The notes: a model not told the origin generated them from the sequence alone. DNA of 63,155 nucleotides, filler included, from Sluysia triapertura (GCA_046118255.1; 5 parts of 5 records of this genome joined end to end with filler, not necessarily neighbours in it); one strand, 5' to 3'. Counted from the whole stretch's first letter, positions 14,270 through 27,376 are shown. A program made the numbers and translations.

Positions 14270-16130
14270 TTTTAATTTTGATACTTCACTCCTACGTATG
14301 ATATTTCTTCTTGACGTTTCACCTACTTGATGTTGTAGTCCATTAAAATATTGCGAGATGAAGTGATAGAGACAACTGTAATACTCTTTAGTCACTCTAT
14401 AATTCTTTGTGAGTGTCTATTGTAAGTTGCTTCATCTTCATTGCTGATCGTTATTTCATGAACAGAATGAGCGTATCGACAAAACATTCCATATCTTAAG
14501 CAAACACCTTTGTTGTTAGTAGAAGTTGGGTGCAGGGCAGCTATACGAGCAATTTTTAGTTACTGAACATGTAATACTCATGTTCATTATCTTTAAGTCT
14601 AGAGTCATCACGTTTATCATCATTAAGTGAACAAAAATTATCATTACTATTGTTGTACATTTCATCAGCCTTGGATTTATTTTACTTTTATAAATATCGT
14701 TATTATCATTAAGAAAATTAAATACAATTAATTTATCATCATAAAATTCATGAAGACAAATATTATTTTTATAAAAAGTAAAAAAATCAACTTCGTACTG
14801 TTTGAGCTTATGGATGTTATCTTCGTAGCAGTAAAAGGAATCATCATGTTTTTTATTGTTGTTAAATTGATCATCGATATCTTCCTTCTTCTTAGTTTGT
14901 GTAACATCATCTCCAACACTGTTATCTACGTTATCATCAGAGTTATCATTGTTAGCTTCATAATATTCGACTTTGGCATTATTGACTTGGCCACTGTCAT
15001 CTTCGAGATTCTTATTTTGATAATCGTCGTCTCTACTATTGCTAATCACGTTGTGCTGATCTTCAAAATTATATATTTGAAAGTTTTCGAAGTTATTGTC
15101 ATTATTTTTCTTCTGATCATCTTTAACATCAATAAGTAAAACATTGTCTTCTTTATTGTTGTCAAGTTATATTTATCTGTAGCATTACATAATTAATAGT
15201 TGTTATATTTAACATCAATAACTTTATTTTGATCGTCTTTGGCATTTATAACTGGAACGTTATCAATCAGGTTGTACTTATCCTTACAATTACACATTGG
15301 ATAGCTGTCATATTTAATATTTCAACTTTATTCTGATCATCTTGAGTAATTACGACTGGAACTTTATCACCTTTACTGTTATCAATCAGATTATACTTAT
15401 CTTTACAATTACATGTTGGATAATTGTCATATTTAACGTAATGAACTTCATTCTGATTATTATGAGCAATTATAACTGGAACATTATAATCTTTACTGTT
15501 ATCAATCAGGTTATACTTATCTTTACAATTACATGTTGGGTAGTTGTCATATTTAACATCATCAACTTTATTCTGATCATCTTGAGTAATTACGCCTGGA
15601 ACTTTATCATCTTTACTATTGTCAACCATATTGTTTTTAAAAATTTTGTAATTTTCTAAGTTTTTAAATTGTTATGAAATTGAGTTTTCCAACAAGAATA
15701 AAATTGCTGCCAAATTGTTATAAAACTGAGTTACCTCACCAGAATATAATATAACATTTATGTCATATCATTAATGAAAATGACTGTACAAAATTTTAAT
15801 TATGATGAAAAACTTTGTGTTAAAGCAACTACTGATTGGTCATCCAACCAGAAACATACAAAAGTAATATAGAGATTTATTCTGGTTGGGTGGCCAATAA
15901 ATGAATATAAATTATAATGATGTACGATTCTAACCATCATCAACATTGAGGCATGTATGTATGATGGCAGTGACCAAGTTAATAAATTAATTTTTTCGCC
16001 ATTAATAAAATAAATGAAAATAAAAATAATATTATTATTATTACTGAACACAAAAAATTCTTCATCTTTATTAAACACAATCTTCCTATATTTCTCTTTA
16101 CCTTCTGAACATATTAAAATCTTAAAACTT
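14270..16130 (-). pseudogene. Decayed member of the single-CCCH (Unkempt-type finger) family, with internal 40-aa tandem repeats
   Basis: N-terminal NLLTWSLPSYIHASML...YNLYSFIGHP (ORF 15800-16078) matches IILSRYLPNSIDTKKL...HNLCLYIGIP of ORF 51255-52181. The finger remnant HPTSTNNKGVCLRYGMFCRYAHSVHEI (14467-14532) is followed by YNRHSQRIIE*LKSI. Several frameshifts and stops. Confidence 0.7.
15130..15629 (-). repeat. Coding tandem repeat, 120 bp (40 aa) unit, about 4 copies
   Basis: Unit DNSKDDKVPGVITQDDQNKVDDVKYDNYPTCNCKDKYNLI repeats with 120-bp period; later copies are frameshifted or deleted. Confidence 0.9.
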
Positions 16131-16168
16131 TAAGTACAATGTAAAAATGAAATATAAAATGTTTTAAG

Positions 16169-16692
16169 TGAACATAGGTTGTACTCTGGCTTTTAATATG
16201 TTCGAAAGGTGATTATACGATGTTGAACTGTGATTTGTTTTCTTGATATGTTTATGTAGCTATATGCTTAAGTGTTATTGGAAATCAAATGATGCAGATC
16301 ATGAATTTAGAATATTTTGATTGCTTTGAAGATGTTTGTTGGTTAATATCGAATGTGATTGTGATTGAATTGTTGAGAATTGGAGAATAAAATATTTTGA
16401 ATGAATTTTTACTGTCACCGTAGTTTATATGTTATAAGGTTGTAGATTATGGAAGTAACGTTATGTTGATTAAAACTTATGTAAAAGGATGTTTTTAGTT
16501 GATGTAAAAGAGACGAATATGAGAATGTTAAAATGTTTAAGAGTATTGTTTTATGTACAATGTGTTGATTTAATTTAATGTTGTTTTCTGTATTTTTGAA
16601 TGTGATTTGTAGATTTTCAGAATGATTATTAAGTTGGTGAAAGTTTATGTAATTTTTATAAAACTCATTAGGGAAATAGGTTGGCCACCACA
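16169..16692 (-). mobile_element. Solo-LTR-like repeat (TGTGGTGGCCAAC...TGTTCA)
   Basis: Its TGTGGT(G/A)G 5' end is shared with ends at 26285(+), 27233(-) and 27893(-). Strong C/A strand skew. The 3' boundary and TSD are uncertain. Confidence 0.45.
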
Positions 16693-17151
16693 GTAATATC
16701 ACCTAAAATTAAGTCAATGTAATTAATTTAAAACGAAATACTAATTAAAATTTATCCTATACTAATATTAACTCAAATCTAATGCATCGCTTTCCGCCTA
16801 AAGACGTCAGACAAAGTATAATTCGACAAAATATAAACCGAAATCAAATTTATTCCAGTAATCTATAATTAACAAATAATACACAGAGTTTCTATGGATT
16901 CGCAAAACCATAAGTTATCTTTAAAACTTTTAGATTAAGTTAAATAATAATACTTGCATTATCTCCGTTAATTTAAATCGAAAAATTCATTTTCTATGAA
17001 TGATATTTTGAACCTTTCATTCCGTATATATATATATATTCGAAAAAATATCACCTCAATCTAAAGTTATTCTATAAAAGTATTTTAATTAACTTAATTA
17101 GTAAATGTACTTTTATCATTTGTGTACCTTAAATCTCATTAATTTTTTTAC

Positions 17152-17152
<1 letters not shown>

Positions 17153-17230
<78 letters not shown>
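17153..17230. repeat. (ATT)n microsatellite
   Basis: Perfect ATT run. Confidence 0.95.
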
Positions 17231-19759
17231 TTATTCTCATTACTATTAGTTCCATTAATATTAACAATAATTCTAAAATGAACTGCGCCTATTTCTCAAA
17301 AATAAACCAAAATACACGGTCATTTATTTCAACGTAAAATAAAAGTAAATAGTACATCTATATATTTTGAATAACGCAAAAGTAGCTGTCTCTGTTTATT
17401 GGTCAAATATCTGCATACCTCCTCATATGGAGCTAAAAGTTTATTACTCTTTCACTGTGCAGTGTTTCACCTGTTACACTAAACTTTATTATAAATTAAC
17501 TTTTAATAAAATTAACCTGCTACTACAACATGTTAAACTAAATCCTCAAATTTTACTGTAACCTTAGTTCCAATGCCAACAAACATGATAATGAAATTCT
17601 CATTTTAATTTTCGAACATTAAATTGTAATACTTTCTTTTCTACTAAAAATGCTTTATGGAGTAATAGAAACTCAATTTTCTAATACAATCTATTTTAAT
17701 ATACTTGTTATTTGTACTAGATTTGTATTATTTATTAGTTCATATAATTTTTACATGGCATATCTCATCGACGTTCCAACACTTTTTTGACGTAGTATAA
17801 CCTCTAAAACTTTAATTTAATTATACAAATGCTAATATAATTATATTTATCACTAACTGGTAAATATGAAGTTTTAAAATCTGCGTATGTTATTATAAAT
17901 CATACTATTCGTTTTATAATAATTTTTATTATTATCATTATTATTTTCTGTAATAATTATTATTAATTATTAATTCTTTTAATAATATTTATTAATTTCA
18001 TAATTTCCATATTTTCAGTATTAATTTAATTTCTAAATTAATTTTATAATTAAATTAATTTTATTATTTAATGTCACCTGCAAATTCTTGTAATTGGGCA
18101 ACAAAACCCGAATAGATTTTAACTAAATCTTTTACGAATTCTAACTCGTAACAATCCTAACATATTATTAATATGGCCATATTGAAATGACTACTTTATG
18201 CTTGTACTATGGTTCAGTTTCACTATAATAAATATCTAGTAATATATTTTCCATTATTCATACTTTATGGTCCAATCATATTCTTCATGTTTTAATTATT
18301 GTTTCACTATTATGATTTTAAACCTAATTAATGTTATTATTTTAAATACCAATTAAAATACTACCAAAATAACTAGTAAAACCAATTGCTGAATATAACG
18401 AAAAATCTAAAATAGATAAAAATAAATAAGTGAAACCTCTTTTTGCTTAATGTATAATTAATTATTTTAGTTGGGTTTCTTATTAAATGAAACCTCTTAA
18501 AATTTTACAATTGTAATTAATTAATGAGGGTTAAAACTAAAAATTTATTCAATAAAGACACAAAAGTAAAAATTTCAATACTTTAGTTTATAATTTATAA
18601 TCAATTAGATTTACTAAAAAGTTATCCAACAAAAATTTACGTCAATTTGTGAGATTATTATTTTTTGTCTAATAGTCTTTATCTAATAAAATTTTTCTAA
18701 CTATTTTTATATGTTACCGTATTAAAAGGCAATGAAACAGATTTTAGGCTGCATTAAAGTTTATTTTAGAGAGCTATAAGAACTATTGCTAAAGGAACTA
18801 TAAAGAAACAAACTAATGATGATTTTAATTAGAATTTTTATTGAAAGTACTCTTGCAACGATAGCCAATATATTAAATTTCTAATTTGAAAGTTAATCGA
18901 TCCGGATTGTAAATTCGAACAACAAAATATAATTACATTTGTTGAAAGTTGTAGATAGTGGTGTAGACTATTACACCACTTGTAAATCAAATATTGTTGA
19001 CAACTACAGCACAAAATTTCGTTATGTAACTTGATAAAATTGTACTTGGATTTATACTAGGATTTTTGACCTTGAAATTTAAGTCAATGTTAGATGGTTT
19101 AAACAATAATTATTTAAAACAATTATGTTATAATATCTAAGCAATTATAATATTTATAATATTTTCAGAGTTAAAAGAATAAAATATTATAAATTAAAAC
19201 AAATAAAATGTTATAATTAAAATACGAAATATTGTTGAAATTAATATTAATAATGCTATCGTCGCAATAACCTTAAATTCACAATCTCACTCTAAACGAC
19301 GAAGATTCCGCAGGTTCTTTTAAATTCGTTTACTAGTAGTTTAGTGGAGGACACACACTTTGAGAGATCTTATCGGTTTATTGCAGTGTACTAAGTTTCG
19401 GTTAGAATGAAATTATTATCACCTTAAATCTGGATTTCGTTTAAAATAAATTGGAAATTATTTTTTCGTCTGGTTTTCAATTTTTTGTTTATATAAATCA
19501 ATATTTTATTTTGGGATATTTTGAATGTAATTTCTTTTTTTCAAACAGAGGACGTAATTGTATTTTTCCCAGCAAACTTCAAACTAAAGTCGCATAATCG
19601 TTAAATTTTTGAAAGCTGATACAGTAAGTCTTGTTTGTTAAAAATTTTGTTTGATTATTTGCAATAGTTTTTGTTTGGTGTCCTATCAAAAATGTAAAAC
19701 CGAAAACAGTATATTCAGCATATTTTATTCTTTTATTTCGAAAATGTAAAAATGCAGTG

Positions 19760-20553
19760 GTGTTTGGACCGATTGGCAATGCCAAAATTTCATTCCTGAA
19801 ATTTCGATATTAAAGATACACCATGTTCTAGAAGGCCCGCTCAAGCCGATGAAGACAAAATAAAAGCATTGATATATGAAATCCCAAATAACAACTCATG
19901 AGATTGCTGAGAGGTTAAATTTGTTGAATTCGACCGTTCATGATCACATGAAACGTTTTGGCTTAATTTAAAATCGTGATGTTTGGGTTCCATGGGTTTT
20001 TGCAGAAAGAAATTTGCTTCGTCTCATTAATGACTGTGATTTGCTTCTGAAAAGTCAAGAAAATGATCCATTTTTGAATTGAATCATTACTAGCGACGAG
20101 AAATGGGTTGTTTAAAAAAATGTTAAGCGCAAGACATGAAACCACTTCGAAGGCCACTATTATACTATCTTTTTGGTGGGATTTCAAGGAGACTGGTTTT
20201 TTGAGCTTCTACCGGACAATACCACAACTAATTCTGAAGTGTACTGTGATCAACTGGACAAATTGAATGATTTACTCAAACAGAAAATATAGTTCGAGAC
20301 CTCCCACACAAGTTTGGTAACTCGCCAAAAACACTTGTTCCGATGTCTGAAAAATCTTTTAGACGTGAAAACCTTCACTTCAAATCAGATCGTCAAATAT
20401 CAATTAGACCACTTTTTTGCCAGAAATATTATGAGCATGGAATCAATCTCTTGCCGAAAGATGGCAAAAGGTAATGGACCAAAATGGAGAATATATAATT
20501 TAATAAAATGTTAATACTCTAAAAATCGTGTTTCATTTTCCGAATAACCCAAT
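19760..20553 (+). mobile_element. Decayed, 5'-truncated mariner transposon
   Basis: Frameshifted motifs NFDIKDTPCSRRPAQADEDKIKALI, HEIAERLNLLNSTVHDHMKRFG, DVWVP, PFLN*IITSDEKWV, LSFWWDFK, NSEVYCDQLDKL, HLFRCLKNLL and RWQKVMDQNGEYII*. Ends in a mariner-like AACCCAAT. Confidence 0.92.
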
Positions 20554-23500
20554 GTTATTTCTAAGCACTAATGTATTAATAAACCAATGTAAAAGAAATG
20601 TAAAATGTTCTCTACATGCTGCTGAGTTCTTCCTTGTTGAAATCTATTATTATAAGTACTTTCGATCCTAATCATACATTAAATAACTTATAATTTTTTA
20701 ATCTAACATATATTTTTATAAACTAACGGGTAAAAATATATGAAAAATTTTCTAATCAATACCGAATTTACTTTAATTACATCGTTTTCTTTTATACCTT
20801 GTCTTCACAAATTTATGAGAATAAAAGAATAAAGGAATATAACAAAATATGCTTTTATAAAATAAAACTATATGAAATGAAATATTATCACTATTATTTA
20901 AACAAAAACAAAAATTAATAAATCTATTTAAAGAAAATTAGCTATAAATAGAAAATAAAGAAATTAAAAATCAATTGATCTCTTACAAATGGAATTTGAT
21001 TTAATGCTTGATTTAAAAACTGTATTTTTGTAAAAAAAAGTAATTTTTAATTTATATTTTGATAATAAAAATATAATTCTGTAATAAAATTGGAATAAAT
21101 ATCATTTACTCTTCAAAAATAGTAAATAAAGTGTTAATTTTTATTGTCTGATAAAACATCTAGCTCAAAGCACTATTTTATCAGATTGGTATAATCTGGA
21201 AGTATAAATCCGATACTGGCTGAAAAAAAATAATAAAATAAATTACCTGGATTATAACACGTTTTGCCTAAATGTAAAATAATTAATATTAATTAGGTAA
21301 ATGTACTAACTTTGAATTTATATTTTTATCAATATCTAAATGTAAAATTAATTATGTGAAATTAGACAAATTTACTAACCTGGAATTTATATTTTATCTA
21401 AAATAAGTTAATTATGTAAACTTACTGATAACTAAGGACTTGAAATTGTATACGAACACAAAAATTTGTACTTTTAAGACAAATAACGAGAAAATGATAA
21501 ATCTAACACGAAGCTATCCAAAGTATTTGTACGGCAAGAATTAGAGTAATTTAGGCGATTATCAAGGAAGGAAAGACTGATATTATATAAAAAAGACAAG
21601 CGAATTATTCGTGGTTATTTTTGGTCGCAATTCCTTTCTACAATGAGCATCCATTTTTTCCAGTGTCGGTCTGTCAACAAGAGAAATTAATCATTTACTT
21701 CTTAAAGAAACCTGATTGATCTGAAACTCGTTTGTGTAGAAGTCATCAATATGTTAATTGTGTTAAGGCTATTTTTCTGTTAATACAAAAATAAATTACA
21801 CTTAATTTCATTAAATTAGCGTCTGCTTTTCTGCTAGATTTAGTATATTCATTAAAATATATAATAATAATATTTATATTTGTTATTCTGATTGTGTAAA
21901 CTAACTCTTGTATATCGTTTTTTCATTTGATATAATAAACTTTATTTTGTCTATCTTAGCTGTTTTGTAAAAGTAATTTGTCGAAGCTAATTTATATTTA
22001 AGTAAAGGTTATAAAGTAATTACAATCCAGGTTATAACAGTTTAATTGGAGTTAGGTTAAGATAAATCATTTTTGGTAAATATTTGCAAATTTGAGTAAA
22101 GATATTAAAGAATTATCAATAGTAATTAAAGTTACTGTCATTTTTTTTGTACCATTTAATAATAAGTTTTGCAAGGTTTCTAACGAAAATTGGTTGAAGA
22201 CTTGAAGTAGTACAATAACTTAAATTTTCAACGTTGAGTGAGCTTTTAATACTTGTGTAACAAATTTAGCAAACATTAAATTAACTTCTACCATTTTAAT
22301 TTCTTTTGAATCACCAATATCGACATAAGATTGTATTAAAGTGGTTTGGGACGAAAGATTAATGACCATAAAATTAAGTTAAAATTTGAAAGTTTAAAAG
22401 ATTAATTATTAAATAAATTTAATGCTTGCACTGACTTTTTTATAGTCGATTTTAACAAGTTTGCTTTTGCAGTCAGAATAAAACATGTTATTAACAATCA
22501 CAACTGTCGATCATTCATATTTTGCACTCATAATTATAATACTCATTATACCTGTACATCAAATAACGAAATACGATTTACATTATCGATTAAAAATAAT
22601 TTAAATTTAATTGCAGACTCTTTTGCTTCGTTGTTGTCACTCATAATCCTTCTTTTATATCATTTAATCCATGTCTATTTATAAGTTCTTCCATAAGAAT
22701 TTTGTATGGGTATCATCTTCTAATTCAGCACATAAAATCAGTCCTCACGTCCACCAAATCAAATAATTGAATAATCAATGGTCATTTGTTTGGTAAAGCT
22801 CACCCGAATGCTATTTAGCATCGTTAAAACCAACATATAGAAGTCAATGTTCTGTTGATATGGTATTCGAAAAATACCATAAGTAAATGTGGATCATTTA
22901 TTGATTGTGGTGATGATAAAAGAAGAATATTAATAGTAATATCAATGGTAACAAAAAACCAATATTAATTAACTTTACTTAAATAAAATCTCAAATGTTT
23001 TCAATATTCACTATTTCAAGTACAACTTATTGAAAATTTTCTTATTTTAATGATGATATTTATGCAACCCAAAAATTATGTTCTTAATTTAAATTAATAA
23101 CAATAAGTCAATAACATAATAATTGCAAAATCAAATACAAGTCGTTATTGTAAGTTTCTGCTTGAACAATAATGCAAGTACACTAAAAGAAAAATAACTA
23201 AATTTCAAAGTTAACAATAAATTTTATAACAATATTAAGACCACTAATATCTATCCAAAGAACCAGAGGTGACGCAACAAACAAAAAATTAAAATACCAA
23301 TATCTGAAGAAACTGAAAATCATAATAATAATATTTATATCTTATCAAAAAAACTCTATTCTAACTTAATAGCCGCAAAAACTGTAAAATAATTTGGGAC
23401 GAGTCTTCTTAAATTCAATTAAAATCAATTTAACAGTAGCCTAATTGAAGAATAATAATTAAATACTTTAAAATTCTTCAAAATAACTTGGACGTGGAGT

Positions 23501-24997
23501 CTCCCAAAAAATCAAATTAAAACTTTCCCTTAAAAAATTATTCAATAATATTAATGATAAAAGAATAATAATAAAAAATTTAACATAATGCGGATCTTCC
23601 TTTCAATACTGTTTGATACGATTGTGTTTTAAATTTTTAAGTATTCACTTTTATACCTCTGTATAATCCAATCACTCTCAAACTAATAATCGGAAATTAC
23701 TCTCACAAATAATGAAATGATTAAAGATTAAACCGACTAAAACGACTTTGACATTTTCATAGTACGACTTGTCAAGCGAAACATAAAAATTAGACTAAAA
23801 TCAACTCTTGATCTACTTGTTCTATTCTTACATTAAAATAGCAATTATTATTATTATTGACATACTTAATAATGAATTTAATGAATAACAATAATAATGA
23901 ATTTAACTTTAGTTTGTGCAGTTTAATTAATTTTCAATTCCTCACACTCAATTTTCTAATGGAAAATGTTTAAGGTTATCATTCCAAAACAAACCATTTC
24001 ACAAACATTTCAACATCATTTTCGGATTCTCCTATTTCATAGCAAACCATTTCATATTCAATTAATTATATTTCATCATTATAAATATGAAAGTTTCAGC
24101 ATTTTTAATTAGAAATTAATTAAAATTCGACTTTGCTCAATATGGAGATTTTCCTCGCATGAACTCGGTCAAACCTTATCATCGGAAGATCTATTTAAAA
24201 CACATGCATACATAGTTATAATTTAATAGAGCATTCCTCATTCAAAAAAACAATCTTTCTTAATTAAGTTAGTTAAGTTAATTAAGATTTTAATTAATTA
24301 CTTATTTTAACTCATTTAACTCAATTTTATTATGGTTATAAAGTTGTTAAATACTTTATAACGTACTCAGGAGGCTCAAGATGTTTTCACCTTAATCACT
24401 CTGATTCTTTTTTCTACTTTTTTATTTAATTATTAATGTATCACATTTATCTTTAATATTATTCATCATAATTTTAATTACTGAACATTTTAAAGGTTAC
24501 TCGAAGGTCTCAAAAGTCTTCATAAGGGTCTTGATACTCTACAAATGTCTTTTGTGTTCTTCGGTTTCAAAAGTATTATAAACATTTTACTATTCACAAT
24601 TCTTGCTCTAGGAATATTTAATTATGTTTATATTATCATATTTCAGTTATTTTATATCACTTTTCTTATATGTTTTAAATTTTTTTACCTTTTAATCTAT
24701 TTTCTATACCCTAACTAGACAATCCCAAAATACTGATATAATTTCTTGTTGAATTGATGGCATCAATTTGATCACGTGACCTTAGAGTTTCATATAAATC
24801 AAAATTGCAGCTTCGAACATTATTTTGTAGAAATGAATTTAAACTTGTGTTTTATGGTTTAAATCCGAAATGAATTGATTGGTTGTATCTTTGTATTCTA
24901 GTTCTTTAGTCCGGTTATGTTGCTTATTACTATTAAACAAATCGTATTTTGTATAACGTATCGAAAGAAATAATTGAGGGTCAATCCGAATGGATAA

Positions 24998-25097
24998 NNN
25001 NNNNNNNNNNNNNNNNNNNNNNNNNNNNNNNNNNNNNNNNNTTAATTAATTAANNNNNNNNNNNNNNNNNNNNNNNNNNNNNNNNNNNNNNNNNNNN
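24998..25097. other. Artificial contig-joining spacer
   Basis: 44 N + TTAATTAATTAA + 44 N. Confidence 0.97.
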
Positions 25098-25115
25098 GTT
25101 GGATAAAAATAGATT

Positions 25116-25504
25116 ACACAACTCCCTTAATGAGATGTTGTATGAAAAATGTTATTTTAGGATTTTACACAACCATTCTTAGATTAAGGTGTTGTTAAGC
25201 GAAAATAATTTTAATATTTTATTTGGTTCTTCAAATTACTTTATCACAATTAACTTATTTAGATTCTTGAAAAACAAAAAACTGTCTAACTCTCTAAAAA
25301 TTTTATTCTAAACCAAAAATACTAAATTCTTACAAGCGTACATGTATAGTAAAAATATGCAAGTTAATAATTCAAAGCGGTGGTTGATTATATAATTTGA
25401 ATTTAAAATTAAAAATTACTCAACACTTTTTAGATTAAGGTGTTGATAGAAAATGGTTACTTTAATTTAAGTGTGATTTTAAATATCCCTAATAAGGTGA
25501 TATT
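25116..25504. repeat. Four related imperfect hairpin units
   Basis: ACACAACTCCCTTAATGAGATGTTGT (25116), ACACAACCATTCTTAGATTAAGGTGTTGT (25167), TCAACACTTTTTAGATTAAGGTGTTGA (25420), AATATCCCTAATAAGGTGATATT (25482). Confidence 0.65.
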
Positions 25505-25830
25505 AAGAACCTTATATACAAAAAAATTACTTTGAGTTGTTCATCAACATGGAAAAGATTTATCTGGATCCAAACAATATAAATTCTTCTTAACACTGCT
25601 AAATTAGTGATGTCTCGCTTCTGTCTATTTTTAAAATTTTATTCTTCTATTTATACTAATTTACTCTTCTTAATAATTAATATTTTTCTTAAAAATAATT
25701 TTTCTAAATAATTCTAATTTTTCTAAAAATAATTAAATAATTAAAAATTTACCTAAATATTCTAAAAATAAATCCAGCTAATTTGAAAAAACAAATTTTC
25801 TTTATTAAATTTAACTTCTTTGTTTTTTGA

Positions 25831-25987
25831 NNNNNNNNNNNNNNNNNNNNNNNNNNNNNNNNNNNNNNNNNNNNNNNNNNNNNNNNNNNNNNNNNNNNNN
25901 NNNNNNNNNNNNNNNNNNNNNNNNNNNNNNNNNNNNNNNNNNNNNNNNNNNNNNNNNNNNNNNNNNNNNNNNNNNNNNNNNNNNNNN
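25831..25987. other. Scaffold gap (157 N)
   Basis: Run of N without spacer motif. Confidence 0.98.
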
Positions 25988-26185
25988 TATACACAAAACA
26001 CATAAAAACAAAAATATTTTTACATTAAAAAATACTTTTACAGATCGAATTACATAAAATACATTGTTCATAAATCCTACTCTAAAGAGGATATTTTCGA
26101 TTTTATTACGAAGATATAAATTAATGGATACGTCAAGTAAAAAATACTAGTATAGTTAACTAACCTCATGTAGTTATTTTCTAAG

Positions 26186-26240
26186 AAATCCAACGGCTAG
26201 CCCTAATCGGTAAGACTAGTAATGTTGGTGATCTCACATT
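26186..26240 (-). repeat. Dispersed repeat end (TGTGAG...CCAAC hairpin), copy 1; copy 2 at 55136-55189
   Basis: AAATCCAACGGCTAGCCCTAATCGGTAAGACTAGTAATGTTGGTGATCTCACATT vs AAATCCAACGGCTGGCCCTCGCTTGTAAGTCCAGT-ATGTTGGTGAACTCACATT. Confidence 0.85.
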
Positions 26241-26284
26241 CATATACTTTTATTCGTGAGTAAATAAGTTTTTCACTACACAAA

Positions 26285-27233
26285 TGTGGTAGCCAACATT
26301 CTTACACAAAATTTTAATACATCACACGACACTAAAAAATCACATTTTTACGATACCTAAAGCACTCATTATATCAAAAATTTGCATTTGAAATTTAAAA
26401 ATAACAATAACAATTTCTTTTAACACCTTTAACTTTGTTAATACTCTAGCACGATACTCCGTCATAATTTTTTATCTTTTATTTTTATCTTTTCTTCTCT
26501 TTCTTTTCTAACAGTGAACGAGAAGATCGTCGTTCACTAGCCATGTTTTTACTTGCTCAAATAATTGTGATTATCAATCAAGTTCACGTGATTCAGCCAT
26601 TATCGAATATTTCATTAACCCGTGATTTATTATGTCTTTTCTCAGATTCCAAAACTTCTTTAATATCAAGTGATTCAGAACATCTTAGTTAACCAATAAT
26701 CATGATCAGAATAATTTTACTCAAATTCAAGGTAATAAAATTCAAGACAAATGTTTATACTTTTACAAAAAAATCATTAAATGTTGAAATTTTGATCATG
26801 GATAGTCGAATTTTTATAGAGCAATCAATGAATAAATTACTTGATATAAACGAATTTCCGAAATGTCTTTCAAATACAGGAATTGAGAAAGCTCGTTATG
26901 CAGTATGCAACTACTCAAAACAATCGCGTCAGTTGATCAGAGGATTCTTATTAGTAATGCCTTCTAATTCTTTCAACGTTTCAAATGATTTGCTAATCAT
27001 TTGATCCAGATATTAAAATAATTGTGCTTAAAGTCATTGGCTTTAATCTCTGTGTTACGAAGGGTTTGTTGATGGAAAATATTGTTTGATATAATAATAT
27101 AAAAGAAATATGAAAGAGAGTTGTAAAGGAGAATTAATGAAGTTAGAGGTATTGATGTAATAAATGTTTTAAGTGTTGTAGAAGAATAAACTTTAGTGTA
27201 TTAAAATTTTGTGTGAAGAAGTTTGCCACCACA
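26285..27233. mobile_element. ~950 bp segment bounded by ~38 bp inverted TGTGG ends
   Basis: Left end TGTGGTAGCCAACATTCTT-ACACAAAATTTTAATACA; reverse complement of right end TGTGGTGGCAAAC-TTCTTCACACAAAATTTTAATACA. Confidence 0.6.
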
Positions 27234-27376
27234 AACTACATTATACTTATTCAATCATTATTATTTTAATTATTGTTAGTAATATTATGATAATATTATT
27301 TTATTATTATTATTTCTGTTTATTATTATAACAATAATTATTCTATTTATCACAATTTTAATTTCTTTCTACTTAA

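Noticed and set aside
15130-15629. CRISPR-like array
   Set aside because: The whole 120-bp unit is repeated with no unique spacers; eukaryotic coding repeat.
14750-15659. Hydrophobic plus-strand ORFs 14750-15139 and 15342-15659 as membrane proteins
   Set aside because: Antisense of Asp/Asn-rich minus-strand coding repeats, which gives Ile/Val-rich translations.
25749-26071. ORFs containing X runs (also 45396-45584)
   Set aside because: Artefacts of N gaps.
26513-26540. Helitron 3' end (hairpin + CTAG)
   Set aside because: CTAG overlaps the stem instead of lying ~10 nt downstream, and no 5' TC end was identified.
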